A DNA stretch of 64,000 nt from Eubacteriales bacterium (lineage in GTDB: Bacteria; Bacillota; Clostridia; Oscillospirales; CAG-272): positions 5,438 to 69,437 of the forward strand of contig JAZRDN010000007.1 in the NCBI GenBank assembly GCA_045660295.1, given 5' to 3'. Each line of letters begins with the position of its first letter. Positions within the stretch are counted from its first letter, which is position 1. A model generated the notes under the pieces. That model was not told the DNA's origin, did not search any database, and saw only the letters and a list, made by a program, of their open reading frames with translations. Positions 9,133 to 18,906 of this stretch are shown here, piece after piece. Made by a program: the position numbers and the translations under genes.

Positions 9133-10200
9133 TTACTTTGTTATGGGATATGTCCAGTTATAGGTGTCCTCTAGTCGTCCCCACTGAATTCCTGTCAAGG
9201 TGTCGTAAAGCTCCTGTGTTGTCTCGCCTATCTTTCCGTCATTGATAACGTATCTCTTGCCGTTATAATGAAGCTCGCCGATAGGAGACACAACAGCCGC
9301 GGTACCGCAGCCCCAGCCCTCTTTAAGAGTGCCGTTTTCAAGAGCATCAATAAGCTCGTCGATAGAGAGAAGTCTCTCAGAGACCTTCTGTCCCTTAGCC
9401 TTAAGAAGCTCTATGCACGATTTTCTCGTGATACCGGGAAGAATAGAGCCTGTAAGCGCGGGGGTTACAACCTCGTCGCCAATCTTGAACATTACGTTCA
9501 TGGCGCCGACCTCCTCGATATACTTACGCTCAACGCCGTCAAGCCAAAGAACCTGAGAGAAGCCCTTCTTTTCAGCCTTCTCGCCCGCTCTGTTGGACGC
9601 GCCGTAGTTACCGCCGCACTTGGTGTAACCCGTACCGCCGCGAACCGCGCGGACGTCCTCGGTCTCTATCATAATCTTAACGGGGTTAATTCCCTCTTTG
9701 TAGTAGCTTCCTACGGGAGAGAGAATGATAACGAACATAGAACGGTTGATGGAGTGAACGCCAAGGAAGGGGTCTGCTCCAAAGAGGAAGGGTCTGATAT
9801 AAAGAGACGTACCGGGAGCTGAGGGAACCCAGTCCTGCTCTACCTCAATAAGCTTTGTAAGGGCTTCGAGAGCGTCCTTTTCATCAAGCAACGGAAGGCT
9901 CATACGGTCTGCCGAGCTGTTCATTCTCTTTATATTCTCCTCGGGTCTGAAAAGCTGAACCTTACCCGCTGCGGTGCGGTAAGCCTTAAGACCCTCGAAT
10001 ATCTCCGCGCCGTAATGGAACACTGTGCAGGCGGGGTGAAGCTCAAGATTAGCAAAAGGAACTATTCTCGCGTCATGCCAGCCCTTATCACGTGTGTAGT
10101 CCATTATAAACATGTGGTCAGTGAAATATTTTCCGAAACCGAGCTCGCTCGCATCAGGCTTTTGCTTGGGAGCGGCGGTTTTCTGAATTTTGATCTCCAT
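9133..10200 (-). CDS. ilvE: Branched-chain amino acid aminotransferase
   Basis: FHYGAEIFEGLKAY, LYIRP, TKCGGNY, EEVGAMN, ILPGITR. Confidence 0.95.
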   Translation of the reverse strand: MEIKIQKTAAPKQKPDASELGFGKYFTDHMFIMDYTRDKGWHDARIVPFANLELHPACTVFHYGAEIFEGLKAYRTAAGKVQLFRPEENIKRMNSSADRMSLPLLDEKDALEALTKLIEVEQDWVPSAPGTSLYIRPFLFGADPFLGVHSINRSMFVIILSPVGSYYKEGINPVKIMIETEDVRAVRGGTGYTKCGGNYGASNRAGEKAEKKGFSQVLWLDGVERKYIEEVGAMNVMFKIGDEVVTPALTGSILPGITRKSCIELLKAKGQKVSERLLSIDELIDALENGTLKEGWGCGTAAVVSPIGELHYNGKRYVINDGKIGETTQELYDTLTGIQWGRLEDTYNWTYPITK

Positions 10201-10232
10201 GATAATTTTCCTTTCTGAAATATCTGTCCTTA

Positions 10233-10769
10233 TCAGTCCTTATAATTATAACCAAGCTCAAGAGCCTTAAGGTTAGCGCCTATAAGGTCGGCGCGCTTTG
10301 CCGAAACTATCTTCTTGAACACGTCCTCAAGACCGTCGAAGTCAACCGCGCCGGTCTCCTTAATGAGCTTGCCAAGAAGTATCATATTAGCAAGTGTGGG
10401 GACGCCTGCCTCTGCCGCCATTTTCGTAGCGGGAATATAGTAAGCGTCAACGTCTGTTCTCTCGACCTTTCTCTCGATAAACGAGGAGTCAACGAATATC
10501 TTACCGCCCTTTGCAACTGCGTTTTCGTACTTGTCAAGCGAGGGAAGATTCATAACCATAAGCACGTCGGGATTATCGACGATAGGCGAACCAACGGGGG
10601 TATCACTTATAATAACGCTACAGTTTGCCGTTCCGCCTCTCATTTCGGGACCGTAGGAAGGAAGCCAGCTAAGCTCCTTATTTTCATACATTCCCTTATA
10701 AGCCAGAAGCTTACCCGCAAAGAGAACGCCCTGACCGCCAAAGCCCGCAATCAAAATCTGATTTGTCAT
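10233..10769 (-). CDS. 2-oxoacid:ferredoxin oxidoreductase gamma subunit
   Basis: AGFGGQGV and [12 protein letters not shown] motifs. Confidence 0.92.
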   Translation of the reverse strand: MTNQILIAGFGGQGVLFAGKLLAYKGMYENKELSWLPSYGPEMRGGTANCSVIISDTPVGSPIVDNPDVLMVMNLPSLDKYENAVAKGGKIFVDSSFIERKVERTDVDAYYIPATKMAAEAGVPTLANMILLGKLIKETGAVDFDGLEDVFKKIVSAKRADLIGANLKALELGYNYKD

Positions 10770-11518
10770 TTCTGTTCCTCCTCTGCGGTTTTGTCCTTAT
10801 ATACGCCGAGAGGATAGTAAGGAAGCATCTTTTCCTCCACCCACTCAAGCGCCTTTGAGGGTGTAAGACCCCAGTTTGTGGGGCAGGTGGAAACGACCTC
10901 AACAAGAGAGAAGCCCTTTCCGTTTACCTGATTTTCAAACGCCTTCTTTATAGCCTTCTTCGCGTTCTTTACGTTCTTTACGTTATTTACCGCTACTCTT
11001 TCAAGGTATGTAGCGCCCTCAAGCTCGGAAAGAAGCTCGCAAACGCGGATAGGATAGCCTGCGGTCTTGGTGTCACGTCCGTAGGGAGAGGTCTGTGTCA
11101 CCTGACCGGGAAGCGACGTGGGAGCCATCTGACCGCCTGTCATGCCGTAGATAGCGTTGTTTACGAAGATTATGGTGATATTCTCGTTTCTTGTAGCGGC
11201 GTGGATAGTCTCAGCCATACCGATAGAAGCGAGGTCACCGTCACCCTGATATGTAAAGACGATATTATCGGGGTTTGCGCGCTTAACGCCCGTAGCAACT
11301 GCGGGTGCGCGTCCGTGAGCCGCCTGAACCATATCGCAGGCGAAATAGTTATATGCCATAACAGAGCAGCCTACGGGAGCGATACCAATAGTCTTGCCCT
11401 CGATGCCAAGCTCGTCAATAGCCTCTGCTACGAGTCTGTGAATAATACCGTGTGTGCAGCCGGGACAGTAGTGAAGCGGCGCATCGGTAAGAGAATGGGG
11501 TTTATCAAATACTACCAT
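10766..11518 (-). CDS. 2-oxoacid:ferredoxin oxidoreductase beta (TPP-binding) subunit
   Basis: YCPGCTHG, GDGD, NNAIYGMTGGQ, CPTNW. Confidence 0.92.
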   Translation of the reverse strand: MVVFDKPHSLTDAPLHYCPGCTHGIIHRLVAEAIDELGIEGKTIGIAPVGCSVMAYNYFACDMVQAAHGRAPAVATGVKRANPDNIVFTYQGDGDLASIGMAETIHAATRNENITIIFVNNAIYGMTGGQMAPTSLPGQVTQTSPYGRDTKTAGYPIRVCELLSELEGATYLERVAVNNVKNVKNAKKAIKKAFENQVNGKGFSLVEVVSTCPTNWGLTPSKALEWVEEKMLPYYPLGVYKDKTAEEEQK

Positions 11519-12576
11519 CAGTTAATACCTCCTGCTTCCTTAATTTTCGCAAGAACCTGCTCGGGAGAGGGGATCATGCCGCCTGCTCTGTTGCAAAGAA
11601 GCACAGGCTTTTTGCAGCGTGTGGCAAGCTCAACGTCCTCGATCATCTGTCCCATAGACATCTCAACCGTAACGAACGCGTTGACCTTGTCAGCCGCCTC
11701 GCGGAGAACCTTCTTGGGGAAGGGCCAAAGCGTAATAGGTCTGATCATACCTACCTTGATACCCTGCGCGCGAGCCGCCGTAATAGCGTTCTTGGAAACT
11801 CTTGCGGCAATACCGTATGCAACGACGCAGATCTCGGCGTCGTCCATCATGTATTCCTCATACATTACCTCGTTTTCTTCGATCTGCGCGTACTTTTGGT
11901 AGCGCTCGAAGTTAAGCTGCTCAAGCTCATCGGGAACAAGCGAAAGAGAGTTGACGATATTGTGCTTTCTCTGCATCTTCGTGCCCGTTACAGCCCAAGG
12001 CTTGTCATATTTCTTCTGCTCGGGAATATCGAGAGAAACAGGCTCCATCATCTGACCCATAGTACCGTCAGCGAGTATCATGGAAACCATTCTGTACTTA
12101 TCCGCAAGCTCAAAGCCCTTAACCGTCATGTCAGCCATTTCCTGAACAGACGCGGGAGCGAGAACGATATTTCTGTAGTCACCGTGTCCGCCGCCCTTAG
12201 TGCACTGGAAATAATCCGACTGAGAGGGCTGGATACCTCCGAGACCGGGGCCTCCGCGCTGTACGTTGATAACAAGAGCGGGAAGGTCACAACCCGCGAG
12301 ATAAGATATACCCTCGCTCTTAAGCGAGATTCCGGGGCTGGAGCTGGAAGTCATAACTCTTCCGCCCGCCGCCGCAACGCCGATAACCATATTGATAGCC
12401 GCGACTTCGCTTTCAGCCTGAAGGAAAGTACCGTCTATCTTAGGCATACGCTTTGCCATGTATGCCGCAATTTCTGTCTGAGGTGTAATGGGGTAGCCGA
12501 AGTAGTGACGGCATCCCGCAAGAATAGCCGCTTCGGCGATAGCCTCGTTACCCTTCATCAAAACCTTTTCTGCCAT
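11518..12576 (-). CDS. vorB: 2-ketoisovalerate:ferredoxin oxidoreductase-type alpha subunit
   Basis: MKGNEAIAEAA, GYPITPQTE, QAESEVAA, SSSPG, QRGGPG. Lies next to ilvE. Confidence 0.85.
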   Translation of the reverse strand: MAEKVLMKGNEAIAEAAILAGCRHYFGYPITPQTEIAAYMAKRMPKIDGTFLQAESEVAAINMVIGVAAAGGRVMTSSSSPGISLKSEGISYLAGCDLPALVINVQRGGPGLGGIQPSQSDYFQCTKGGGHGDYRNIVLAPASVQEMADMTVKGFELADKYRMVSMILADGTMGQMMEPVSLDIPEQKKYDKPWAVTGTKMQRKHNIVNSLSLVPDELEQLNFERYQKYAQIEENEVMYEEYMMDDAEICVVAYGIAARVSKNAITAARAQGIKVGMIRPITLWPFPKKVLREAADKVNAFVTVEMSMGQMIEDVELATRCKKPVLLCNRAGGMIPSPEQVLAKIKEAGGIN

Positions 12577-12610
12577 TTTAATCCTCCGTATCCGTTTTAA
12601 CGGTTAGTTT

Positions 12611-12817
12611 TTATTTCTCAACTTTTATGATGCAATCGGGGCACATTGTAGCGCAGAATGCGCAACCGATACAAGCCTCTTGGTTTGTTATCTCGGCAAC
12701 GTAATGTCCCTTTTTGTTGATTTTCACCTTGGAAACCTCAAGAATATGCTTGGGGCAGGCGTCAACGCAAAGTCCGCAGCCCTTACACATATCAACGTTA
12801 AATGTCAGCTTAGCCAT
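12611..12817 (-). CDS. 2x[4Fe-4S] ferredoxin (oxidoreductase delta subunit)
   Basis: Two CxxCxxCxxxCP motifs. Confidence 0.92.
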   Translation of the reverse strand: MAKLTFNVDMCKGCGLCVDACPKHILEVSKVKINKKGHYVAEITNQEACIGCAFCATMCPDCIIKVEK

Positions 12818-12829
12818 TTATTTTTCCTC

Positions 12830-13504
12830 CTAAATCAGTTTTTTCTGCAATTTCATTTTCAAAAGCCTGCCGTTCCCTTCCCCAAGGCTCTCGATGCCGT
12901 CAAAGCAAGGAAAATCGGGGACGGTGGTGAGCTTGATATCAAGTCCCGATAGTCGTGATACGCTCTCTGCGTATTCAAACGAATCCTTGACCGTTTGGGG
13001 TGTGGTCTCGGGTCCTAAATTGGAGTTGTTTACAATTCCGTTAAAGGGTATACCCGACGCCGCCTCTATCTCACGCATTATCTCCACCGTATCCTCGGGT
13101 GTCGAGGTAAGCGGACGGTAGCAATTGATAACGAAAAGCATATCGTAGTCGTTTTCTTCAAGTATGCTCGGCGTATATCTGCCCAAAGCGAAAGCGCCTC
13201 GGTCGTCTCCGCCGATATCAAGCACCGCGTGGCGGTTCTTGTCGAAAACCACTTTATACATCTCTGCGGGAAGTGCGGGCAGGTCCACGTTCGAGTTAGC
13301 GAACTCTGGGGATATAAGGTGTATTCCCGCCTCGGTCAGTTCCCTTTCGCTGTCCTTTGTTCGGAAATAAGGATTGACCGTATCAAGGTCGGCGATAGTG
13401 ACCTCAAGCCCCGACGCCTTAAGCTCGAAGGCGTAATTCACCGCCGCGTTGGTCTTTCCGCTTCCGTAGTGACCCGCGAAAAGCGTTATTCTTTTATATT
13501 CCAT
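12830..13504 (-). CDS. P-loop NTPase (MinD/CbiA-like) of unknown function
   Basis: GHYGSGKT Walker A, DLDTVNPYFR, DIGGD. Confidence 0.75.
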   Translation of the reverse strand: MEYKRITLFAGHYGSGKTNAAVNYAFELKASGLEVTIADLDTVNPYFRTKDSERELTEAGIHLISPEFANSNVDLPALPAEMYKVVFDKNRHAVLDIGGDDRGAFALGRYTPSILEENDYDMLFVINCYRPLTSTPEDTVEIMREIEAASGIPFNGIVNNSNLGPETTPQTVKDSFEYAESVSRLSGLDIKLTTVPDFPCFDGIESLGEGNGRLLKMKLQKKLI

Positions 13505-13519
13505 ATGCCCTCCGACGAA

Positions 13520-15820
13520 TTAAAGCTTGTTTCTCTGTATCTTTCCGCTGGTTGTCTTGGGCAACTCTGTCTTAAATACTACTATTCTGGGATACTTATA
13601 GGGTGCTGTACGGCTCTTTACGTAGCTCTGAATCTCCTTCTTAAGCTCGTCTGTGCCCTCTGTTCCCTTGGTAAGCACGATGCTCGCCTTGACCACCTGA
13701 CCTCTTACCTCGTCGGGAGCGGCGGAAACACCGCACTCGAGAACGTAAGGAAGCTCCATAATAACGTTTTCGATCTCAAAGGGACCGATACGGTAGCCCG
13801 AGGACTTGATAACGTCGTCAACTCGTCCAACGTACCAGAAATATCCGTCCTCATCACGCCAAGCGGTATCGCCCGTATGATAATATCCGTCGTGCCATAC
13901 CTCGTTTGTTTTTTCACTGTCGTTATAATAACCTCTGAAAAGTCCGCAGGGCGCGCCGTTCTGTACGTTTATACAAATTTCACCCGTTTCACCCACAGGA
14001 ACCTCGTTTCCGTCTGCATCAAGCAGCTTGATGTCGTAAAGCGGAACAGGCTTACCCATAGAACCGAGTCTTGCCTTTGTACCGATAAGGTTAGCAAGCG
14101 CAACGGTGGTCTCGGTCTGACCGAAGCCCTCCATTATCTGCAGTCCCGTAGCCGCCTCGAACTGTCTGAACACCTCGGGGTTGAGAGCCTCGCCCGCTGT
14201 GGTCATATGCTCGATAGTCGAGAGGTCGTACTTTGAGATATCCTCTTTAACCATAAGTCTGAGCATCGTAGGCGGTGCGCAGAAGGTGGTGATATTATAC
14301 TTAGCGAACATAGGAAGGATATCGTGAGCGTCGAAGCGGTCAAAGTCATAAACGAACAGACCTGCCTCGCAGAGCCACTGCCCGTAAATTTTACCCCACG
14401 CCGCCTTAGCCCAGCCGGTGTCCGAGATGGTAAGGTGGAATCCGTCGGGATTTACGCAATGCCAATACTTGGCTGTAATAAAGTGACCGAGCGGATATTT
14501 GTAGTTATGGCAAGCGATCTTGGGATTGCCCGTAGTGCCCGAGGTAAAGTACATGAGCATAAGCTCCTCGCCGCAAGCGGTGTCCTCGGTGCGCTCGAAT
14601 TTACCCGTGTAAAGGTTATATTCGTCGTCGAAGCTTCTCCAGCCCTCTCGCGTGCCGCCGACAATTATCTTAGTCTCAAGGCACTCGGCGTGCGCCGACG
14701 CCTTATCGACCTCTGCCGCCACGTTGTCGTCGGCGGTACAAAGCATCGCCTTTACGCCCGCGGCGTTAAGTCTGTATTCGATATCGTGCTCCTTAAGCTG
14801 ATTGGTTGCGGGAATAGCCACCGCGCCCAGCTTATGAAGCGCCACCATAGCGAACCAGAACTGGTAATGTCTCTTCAGGATAAGCATTACCTTATCGCCC
14901 TTCTTGATACCCAGCGACTTGAAGTAGTTAGCGGTCTGTGAGGACGCGCGCTTAAGGTCGGCGAAGGTAAATTTTCTTTCGGTCTTATCCTTTGCGATAT
15001 GAACCATAGCCACCTTATCGGGCTGTTCAACGCCGATTCGGTCAACCACGTCAAATGCAAAGTTGAATTTATCCTCGTTCTTGAAGTCTATAGCCTTAAG
15101 AATTCCGTTGTCATCCTCTGTGGGAATAATGAAATCCTCCCATACGCGGCGTCTTGTCGCCTTGACCTCGCTCTTTCTGGGCTTGGCGGTAAACTCCTTG
15201 ACCGCGCTGTGGGTGATTTCCGACATAGAAACGCCCGCGGGGTTAAGAACTATCGCGTAGAAGTAACAGTCTTCACCGCCGATAGCTATCATACCGTGAG
15301 GCGTGGAGCTATCGTAGTAGATGCTGTCGCCTTCCTCAAGAATCTCCTGATGGTCGCCCACCTGAACCTTAAGCCGTCCCTTAACCACGATGTCACATTC
15401 CTGTCCCTCGTGGGTGGTAAGCTCTATCGGCTCATACTCAGCCTTTTCCGAGTACACGCAGTGAACGTAAAGAGGGTTTGAGGTTCTGTTTCTGAAGGAG
15501 TGCGCGATATTGTAATAGGTCATTCCGTGCGCCTGCTCGATCCTCTGTCCCATTCCGCGTCTTGTAAGGGTATAGGATTTAAGTCTGGGAGCAGCGCCCT
15601 CGATGATCTCGGTAACGTCAATGCCCAGCGCGGTAGCGCATCTGAACAGGAACGCAAAGTTAAGGTCGGAGCGACCCTCCTCGCACTCTACGTACTCGCC
15701 GATGCTTACGTCGGTCTTTGACGCCATATATTCAATGGTATAGCCTTCCATTTCACGGAGCGCCTTGATACGCCCCGCCATGGCTTTTATTTTCTGGTCG
15801 ATGTCGTTAAAATTACTCAT
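13520..15820 (-). CDS. XRE-HTH + cupin + acyl-CoA synthetase fusion (paralog 2)
   Basis: N-terminal HTH, THEGQE cupin, YFTSGTTGNPK, FGQTET, YHTGD, SGKIQR. Confidence 0.9.
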   Translation of the reverse strand: MSNFNDIDQKIKAMAGRIKALREMEGYTIEYMASKTDVSIGEYVECEEGRSDLNFAFLFRCATALGIDVTEIIEGAAPRLKSYTLTRRGMGQRIEQAHGMTYYNIAHSFRNRTSNPLYVHCVYSEKAEYEPIELTTHEGQECDIVVKGRLKVQVGDHQEILEEGDSIYYDSSTPHGMIAIGGEDCYFYAIVLNPAGVSMSEITHSAVKEFTAKPRKSEVKATRRRVWEDFIIPTEDDNGILKAIDFKNEDKFNFAFDVVDRIGVEQPDKVAMVHIAKDKTERKFTFADLKRASSQTANYFKSLGIKKGDKVMLILKRHYQFWFAMVALHKLGAVAIPATNQLKEHDIEYRLNAAGVKAMLCTADDNVAAEVDKASAHAECLETKIIVGGTREGWRSFDDEYNLYTGKFERTEDTACGEELMLMYFTSGTTGNPKIACHNYKYPLGHFITAKYWHCVNPDGFHLTISDTGWAKAAWGKIYGQWLCEAGLFVYDFDRFDAHDILPMFAKYNITTFCAPPTMLRLMVKEDISKYDLSTIEHMTTAGEALNPEVFRQFEAATGLQIMEGFGQTETTVALANLIGTKARLGSMGKPVPLYDIKLLDADGNEVPVGETGEICINVQNGAPCGLFRGYYNDSEKTNEVWHDGYYHTGDTAWRDEDGYFWYVGRVDDVIKSSGYRIGPFEIENVIMELPYVLECGVSAAPDEVRGQVVKASIVLTKGTEGTDELKKEIQSYVKSRTAPYKYPRIVVFKTELPKTTSGKIQRNKL

Positions 15821-15850
15821 TAATACCTCCGAAAATCATATCTGTCTTCG

Positions 15851-16121
15851 AAAACAAAACTCGTCTCAAAGACGTGAAGAATCTTTGAGACGAGTACAAT
15901 TAATTCTACCCGCGGTACCACTCAACTTGCGCCGATACGGCGCCACTCTCGGACTCAAAGAAGCCCTATGCGTTCACGCAGCAATCACGGAGAGGTTCTA
16001 CTTGCTCTCGCTTTCTTCCTCTCGGCTCGGGGGCTACAAACACCGACCCGCACAACACCGACTTACACCAGCCGTCGGCTCTCTGCGCTTCTGCGAACCG
16101 TATTCTCCCCGTCCTCGCCTT
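15851..16121 (-). promoter_or_regulatory. T-box riboswitch with a probable Val (GUA) specifier, plus terminator
   Basis: AAGTTGAGTGGTACCGCG T-box (15911-15928), K-turn, AG bulge and GCTGGTG distal loop, GUA at 16035-16037, terminator hairpin 15859-15894. Promoter TTGACA-17-TAGAAT at 16141-16169. Confidence 0.88.
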
Positions 16122-16220
16122 TCATATTATATGTATTAAAATTCTATCACATTTTTATCATCTTGTCAAGCAATATCGAAAGTTTTCGAAATTTCGGCAA
16201 ATTTCACAATTTTCGCGTGA

Positions 16221-18491
16221 TTATAGCTTGTTTCTTTGGATTTTTCCGCTGATGGTTTTGGGAAGCTCATCGCGGAACACAACGATTCTGGGGTACTTAT
16301 AAGGAGCGGTATGCGACTTAACGTAGCTCTGGATCTCCTTTTTAAGCTCCTCTGTTCCCTCCGTGCCCTTTGTAAGCACGATGCTTGCCTTGACCACCTG
16401 ACCTCTTACCTCGTCGGGTGCCGCGGAAACGCCGCACTCAAGGACGTAAGGAAGCTCCATGATAACGCTCTCGATCTCGAAGGGACCGATGCGGTAGCCC
16501 GAGGACTTGATAACGTCGTCGATACGGCTGACGTACCAGAAATATCCGTCCTCGTCACGCCAAGCGGTATCGCCGGTGTGGTAAAGTCCGTCGCAAACGG
16601 CTTCTTTGGTCTTTTCCTCGTCGCGGTAGTATTCTCTGAACATACCGCAAGGGGAACCCTTATCAAGGTGAATAACGATCTCACCCACCTCACCGTTGGG
16701 AAGCGATCTGCCGTCGGGGTCTACGATATCAACGTCGTACTGAGGAGACGCCTTACCCATAGAGCCGAGCTTGGGAGTTGTGCCCACAAGGTTTGCGATG
16801 GTAAGAGTTGTTTCGGTCTGACCAAAGCCTTCCATGATAGTAAGTCCCGTAGCCGCCTCGAACCGGCGCGACACCTCGGGGTTGAGCGCCTCGCCTGCGG
16901 TTGTCATATGGTGAATAGACGTAAGGTCGTACTTGGAAAGGTCCTCTTTTATAAGCATTCTGAGCATCGTTGGGGGGGCGCAGAACGTGGTAATATTATA
17001 CTTGGCGAACATGGGAAGGATCTCAGCCGCAGAGAATCTGTCAAAGTCGTAAACGAACACCGCGCCCTCGCAGAGCCACTGACCGTAGAGCTTACCCCAA
17101 AGAGATTTACCCCAACCCGTGTCGGAGATAGTGAGATGCAATCCGTCACGCTCGCAGCAATGCCAATACTTAGCGGTCACGTAATGACCCAGCGCGTAGG
17201 TATGCTTGTGGGAAGCCATTTTGGGGTTGCCCGTTGTTCCCGACGTAAAGAACATAAGCGCCGCCTCGTTTCCGCAAGAGGAATCGGCGGTACGCGCGAA
17301 TTTGCCCGAGTACAGACCGTACTCGCTGTCAAAGTCGTGCCAGCCCTCGCGAGTTCCTCCCACAAGGATCTTGGTCTTGAGCTGAGGGCAGCTTTCAGCC
17401 GCTTTGTCAACGATCTCGGCAACGTCATCATCAGCCGTGCAAAGGATAGCCGAAACGCCTGCCGCGTCAAAGCGGTAAACGAAATCGTGGTCCTTAAGCT
17501 GGTTGGTTGCGGGAATTGCCACCGCGCCGAGCTTATGAAGCGCCACCATAGCGAACCAGAACTGGTAGTGTCTCTTAAGCACCAGCATTACTCTGTCACC
17601 CTTCTTGATACCCAGCGAGGTAAAGTAGTTAGCGCACTGCGCCGACGCGCGCTTGATGTCCTTAAAGGTAAAGCGGCGTTCGGTCTTATATTTATCAACG
17701 TGGAGCATAGCCAGCTTTTCGGGATAAGCGTCGGCGATCTCGTCAACGATATCAAAGCCGAAGTTAAAGCTCTCCTGATTGGGGAAGCTGATAGACTTAA
17801 GGCATCCGTTTTCGTCCTCCTCGGTCTTAATAAACTTCTCACAAACAAGCTTTTCGGTCTTTCTCGCGGTAGCGATGCTCTTTCTGACGGTCTCCTCCTT
17901 GGTATCCTCGCCCGGAAGAACGACCGCGCAGAACACGCAGTCCTTACCGTCAACGGCGATCATACCGTGTGGAGTGGAGCTGTTATAATAAATGCTATCG
18001 CCTTCATGAAGCACCTCTATATGGTCACCGACCTGCACCTTAAGGCTACCCTCAAGCACAAGGTCAAACTCCTGTCCGCTATGGGAGATAAGGTGAATGG
18101 GCTGGTTCTGCTGTTTTTCCGAATATTCGTAACGAACCCAGTACGGCTCCGCGATCTTCTTATTGAATTTGGGCGCAAGGTTACAAATTTCGATACCGTC
18201 CTCTTTAGCGGTCTCCTGACCCTGTCCGCGTCTTGTCACCGTATAGGACGAAAGCAGGGGCGAGGTTCCCTCAAGAAGGTCATTCATCTCAACGCCTAAC
18301 ACCTGCGCGCAGCTATGAATAAAGGTAAACGGAAAATCTACCGTACCCTCCTCGTATTTTTTGTAGTTATCAAGTGACACCTTTACCAAAGCAGCCATCT
18401 GCTCCTCGGTGTAGCCCGAGATCTCGCGCATGTCTCTGATACGACCCGCGATCTCAAGTAGCTTTGCGTTTTGTGAATTGTTGTTCTGCAT
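16221..18491 (-). CDS. XRE-HTH + cupin + acyl-CoA synthetase fusion (paralog 1)
   Basis: Same architecture as 13520-15820, with a near-identical C-terminal region (FFTSGTTGNPK, SGKIQRNKL). Confidence 0.9.
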   Translation of the reverse strand: MQNNNSQNAKLLEIAGRIRDMREISGYTEEQMAALVKVSLDNYKKYEEGTVDFPFTFIHSCAQVLGVEMNDLLEGTSPLLSSYTVTRRGQGQETAKEDGIEICNLAPKFNKKIAEPYWVRYEYSEKQQNQPIHLISHSGQEFDLVLEGSLKVQVGDHIEVLHEGDSIYYNSSTPHGMIAVDGKDCVFCAVVLPGEDTKEETVRKSIATARKTEKLVCEKFIKTEEDENGCLKSISFPNQESFNFGFDIVDEIADAYPEKLAMLHVDKYKTERRFTFKDIKRASAQCANYFTSLGIKKGDRVMLVLKRHYQFWFAMVALHKLGAVAIPATNQLKDHDFVYRFDAAGVSAILCTADDDVAEIVDKAAESCPQLKTKILVGGTREGWHDFDSEYGLYSGKFARTADSSCGNEAALMFFTSGTTGNPKMASHKHTYALGHYVTAKYWHCCERDGLHLTISDTGWGKSLWGKLYGQWLCEGAVFVYDFDRFSAAEILPMFAKYNITTFCAPPTMLRMLIKEDLSKYDLTSIHHMTTAGEALNPEVSRRFEAATGLTIMEGFGQTETTLTIANLVGTTPKLGSMGKASPQYDVDIVDPDGRSLPNGEVGEIVIHLDKGSPCGMFREYYRDEEKTKEAVCDGLYHTGDTAWRDEDGYFWYVSRIDDVIKSSGYRIGPFEIESVIMELPYVLECGVSAAPDEVRGQVVKASIVLTKGTEGTEELKKEIQSYVKSHTAPYKYPRIVVFRDELPKTISGKIQRNKL

Positions 18492-18550
18492 GGTTTTTCC
18501 TTTCTGCCTCTCTCGGCAATAAACGTTATTGACCGGATCTTCGAGACCGT

Positions 18551-18820
18551 AAAAAACAAAACCGTCTCAAAGAAATTTCTTTCTTTGAGACGGGTAAAAA
18601 TCATTTTATCCGCGGTACCACTCAAATTGCGCCAACAAGACGCCACCTCTTCGGACTCCGGCAAGCCCTATGCGTTAACGCAGCAATCACGGGAGAAGCC
18701 TACTCGTATTCTTTCAGCACTCCGGCTCGGAAGTGATAGGTTTATAAACGCTCTGCCATTGGCTCGCACCCTACGCCAACTCTCTGGAAGCATACCGTTT
18801 GACCGTCTTCGTCACAGCCT
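18551..18820 (-). promoter_or_regulatory. T-box riboswitch with a probable Ile (AUC) specifier, plus terminator
   Basis: AATTTGAGTGGTACCGCG (18611-18628), K-turn GAC-GAAG/CUUC-CGA, AUC at 18735-18737, terminator 18561-18594. Promoter TTGACA-17-TATAAT at 18840-18868. Confidence 0.88.
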
Positions 18821-18906
18821 TTTTTATTTGGTTGTGGTGATTATACACCTTTTTCCCCGATTTGTCAAGAGATTTTTTGAATTTTTTCTCATTTTTCTCT
18901 CATTTT

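Noticed and set aside
5222-18299. Long antisense ORFs (for example 7804-9132, 16236-18299; also 46429-47535 and 35812-36966)
   Set aside because: They are shadow frames opposite well-supported genes, with no RBS or recognisable motifs.
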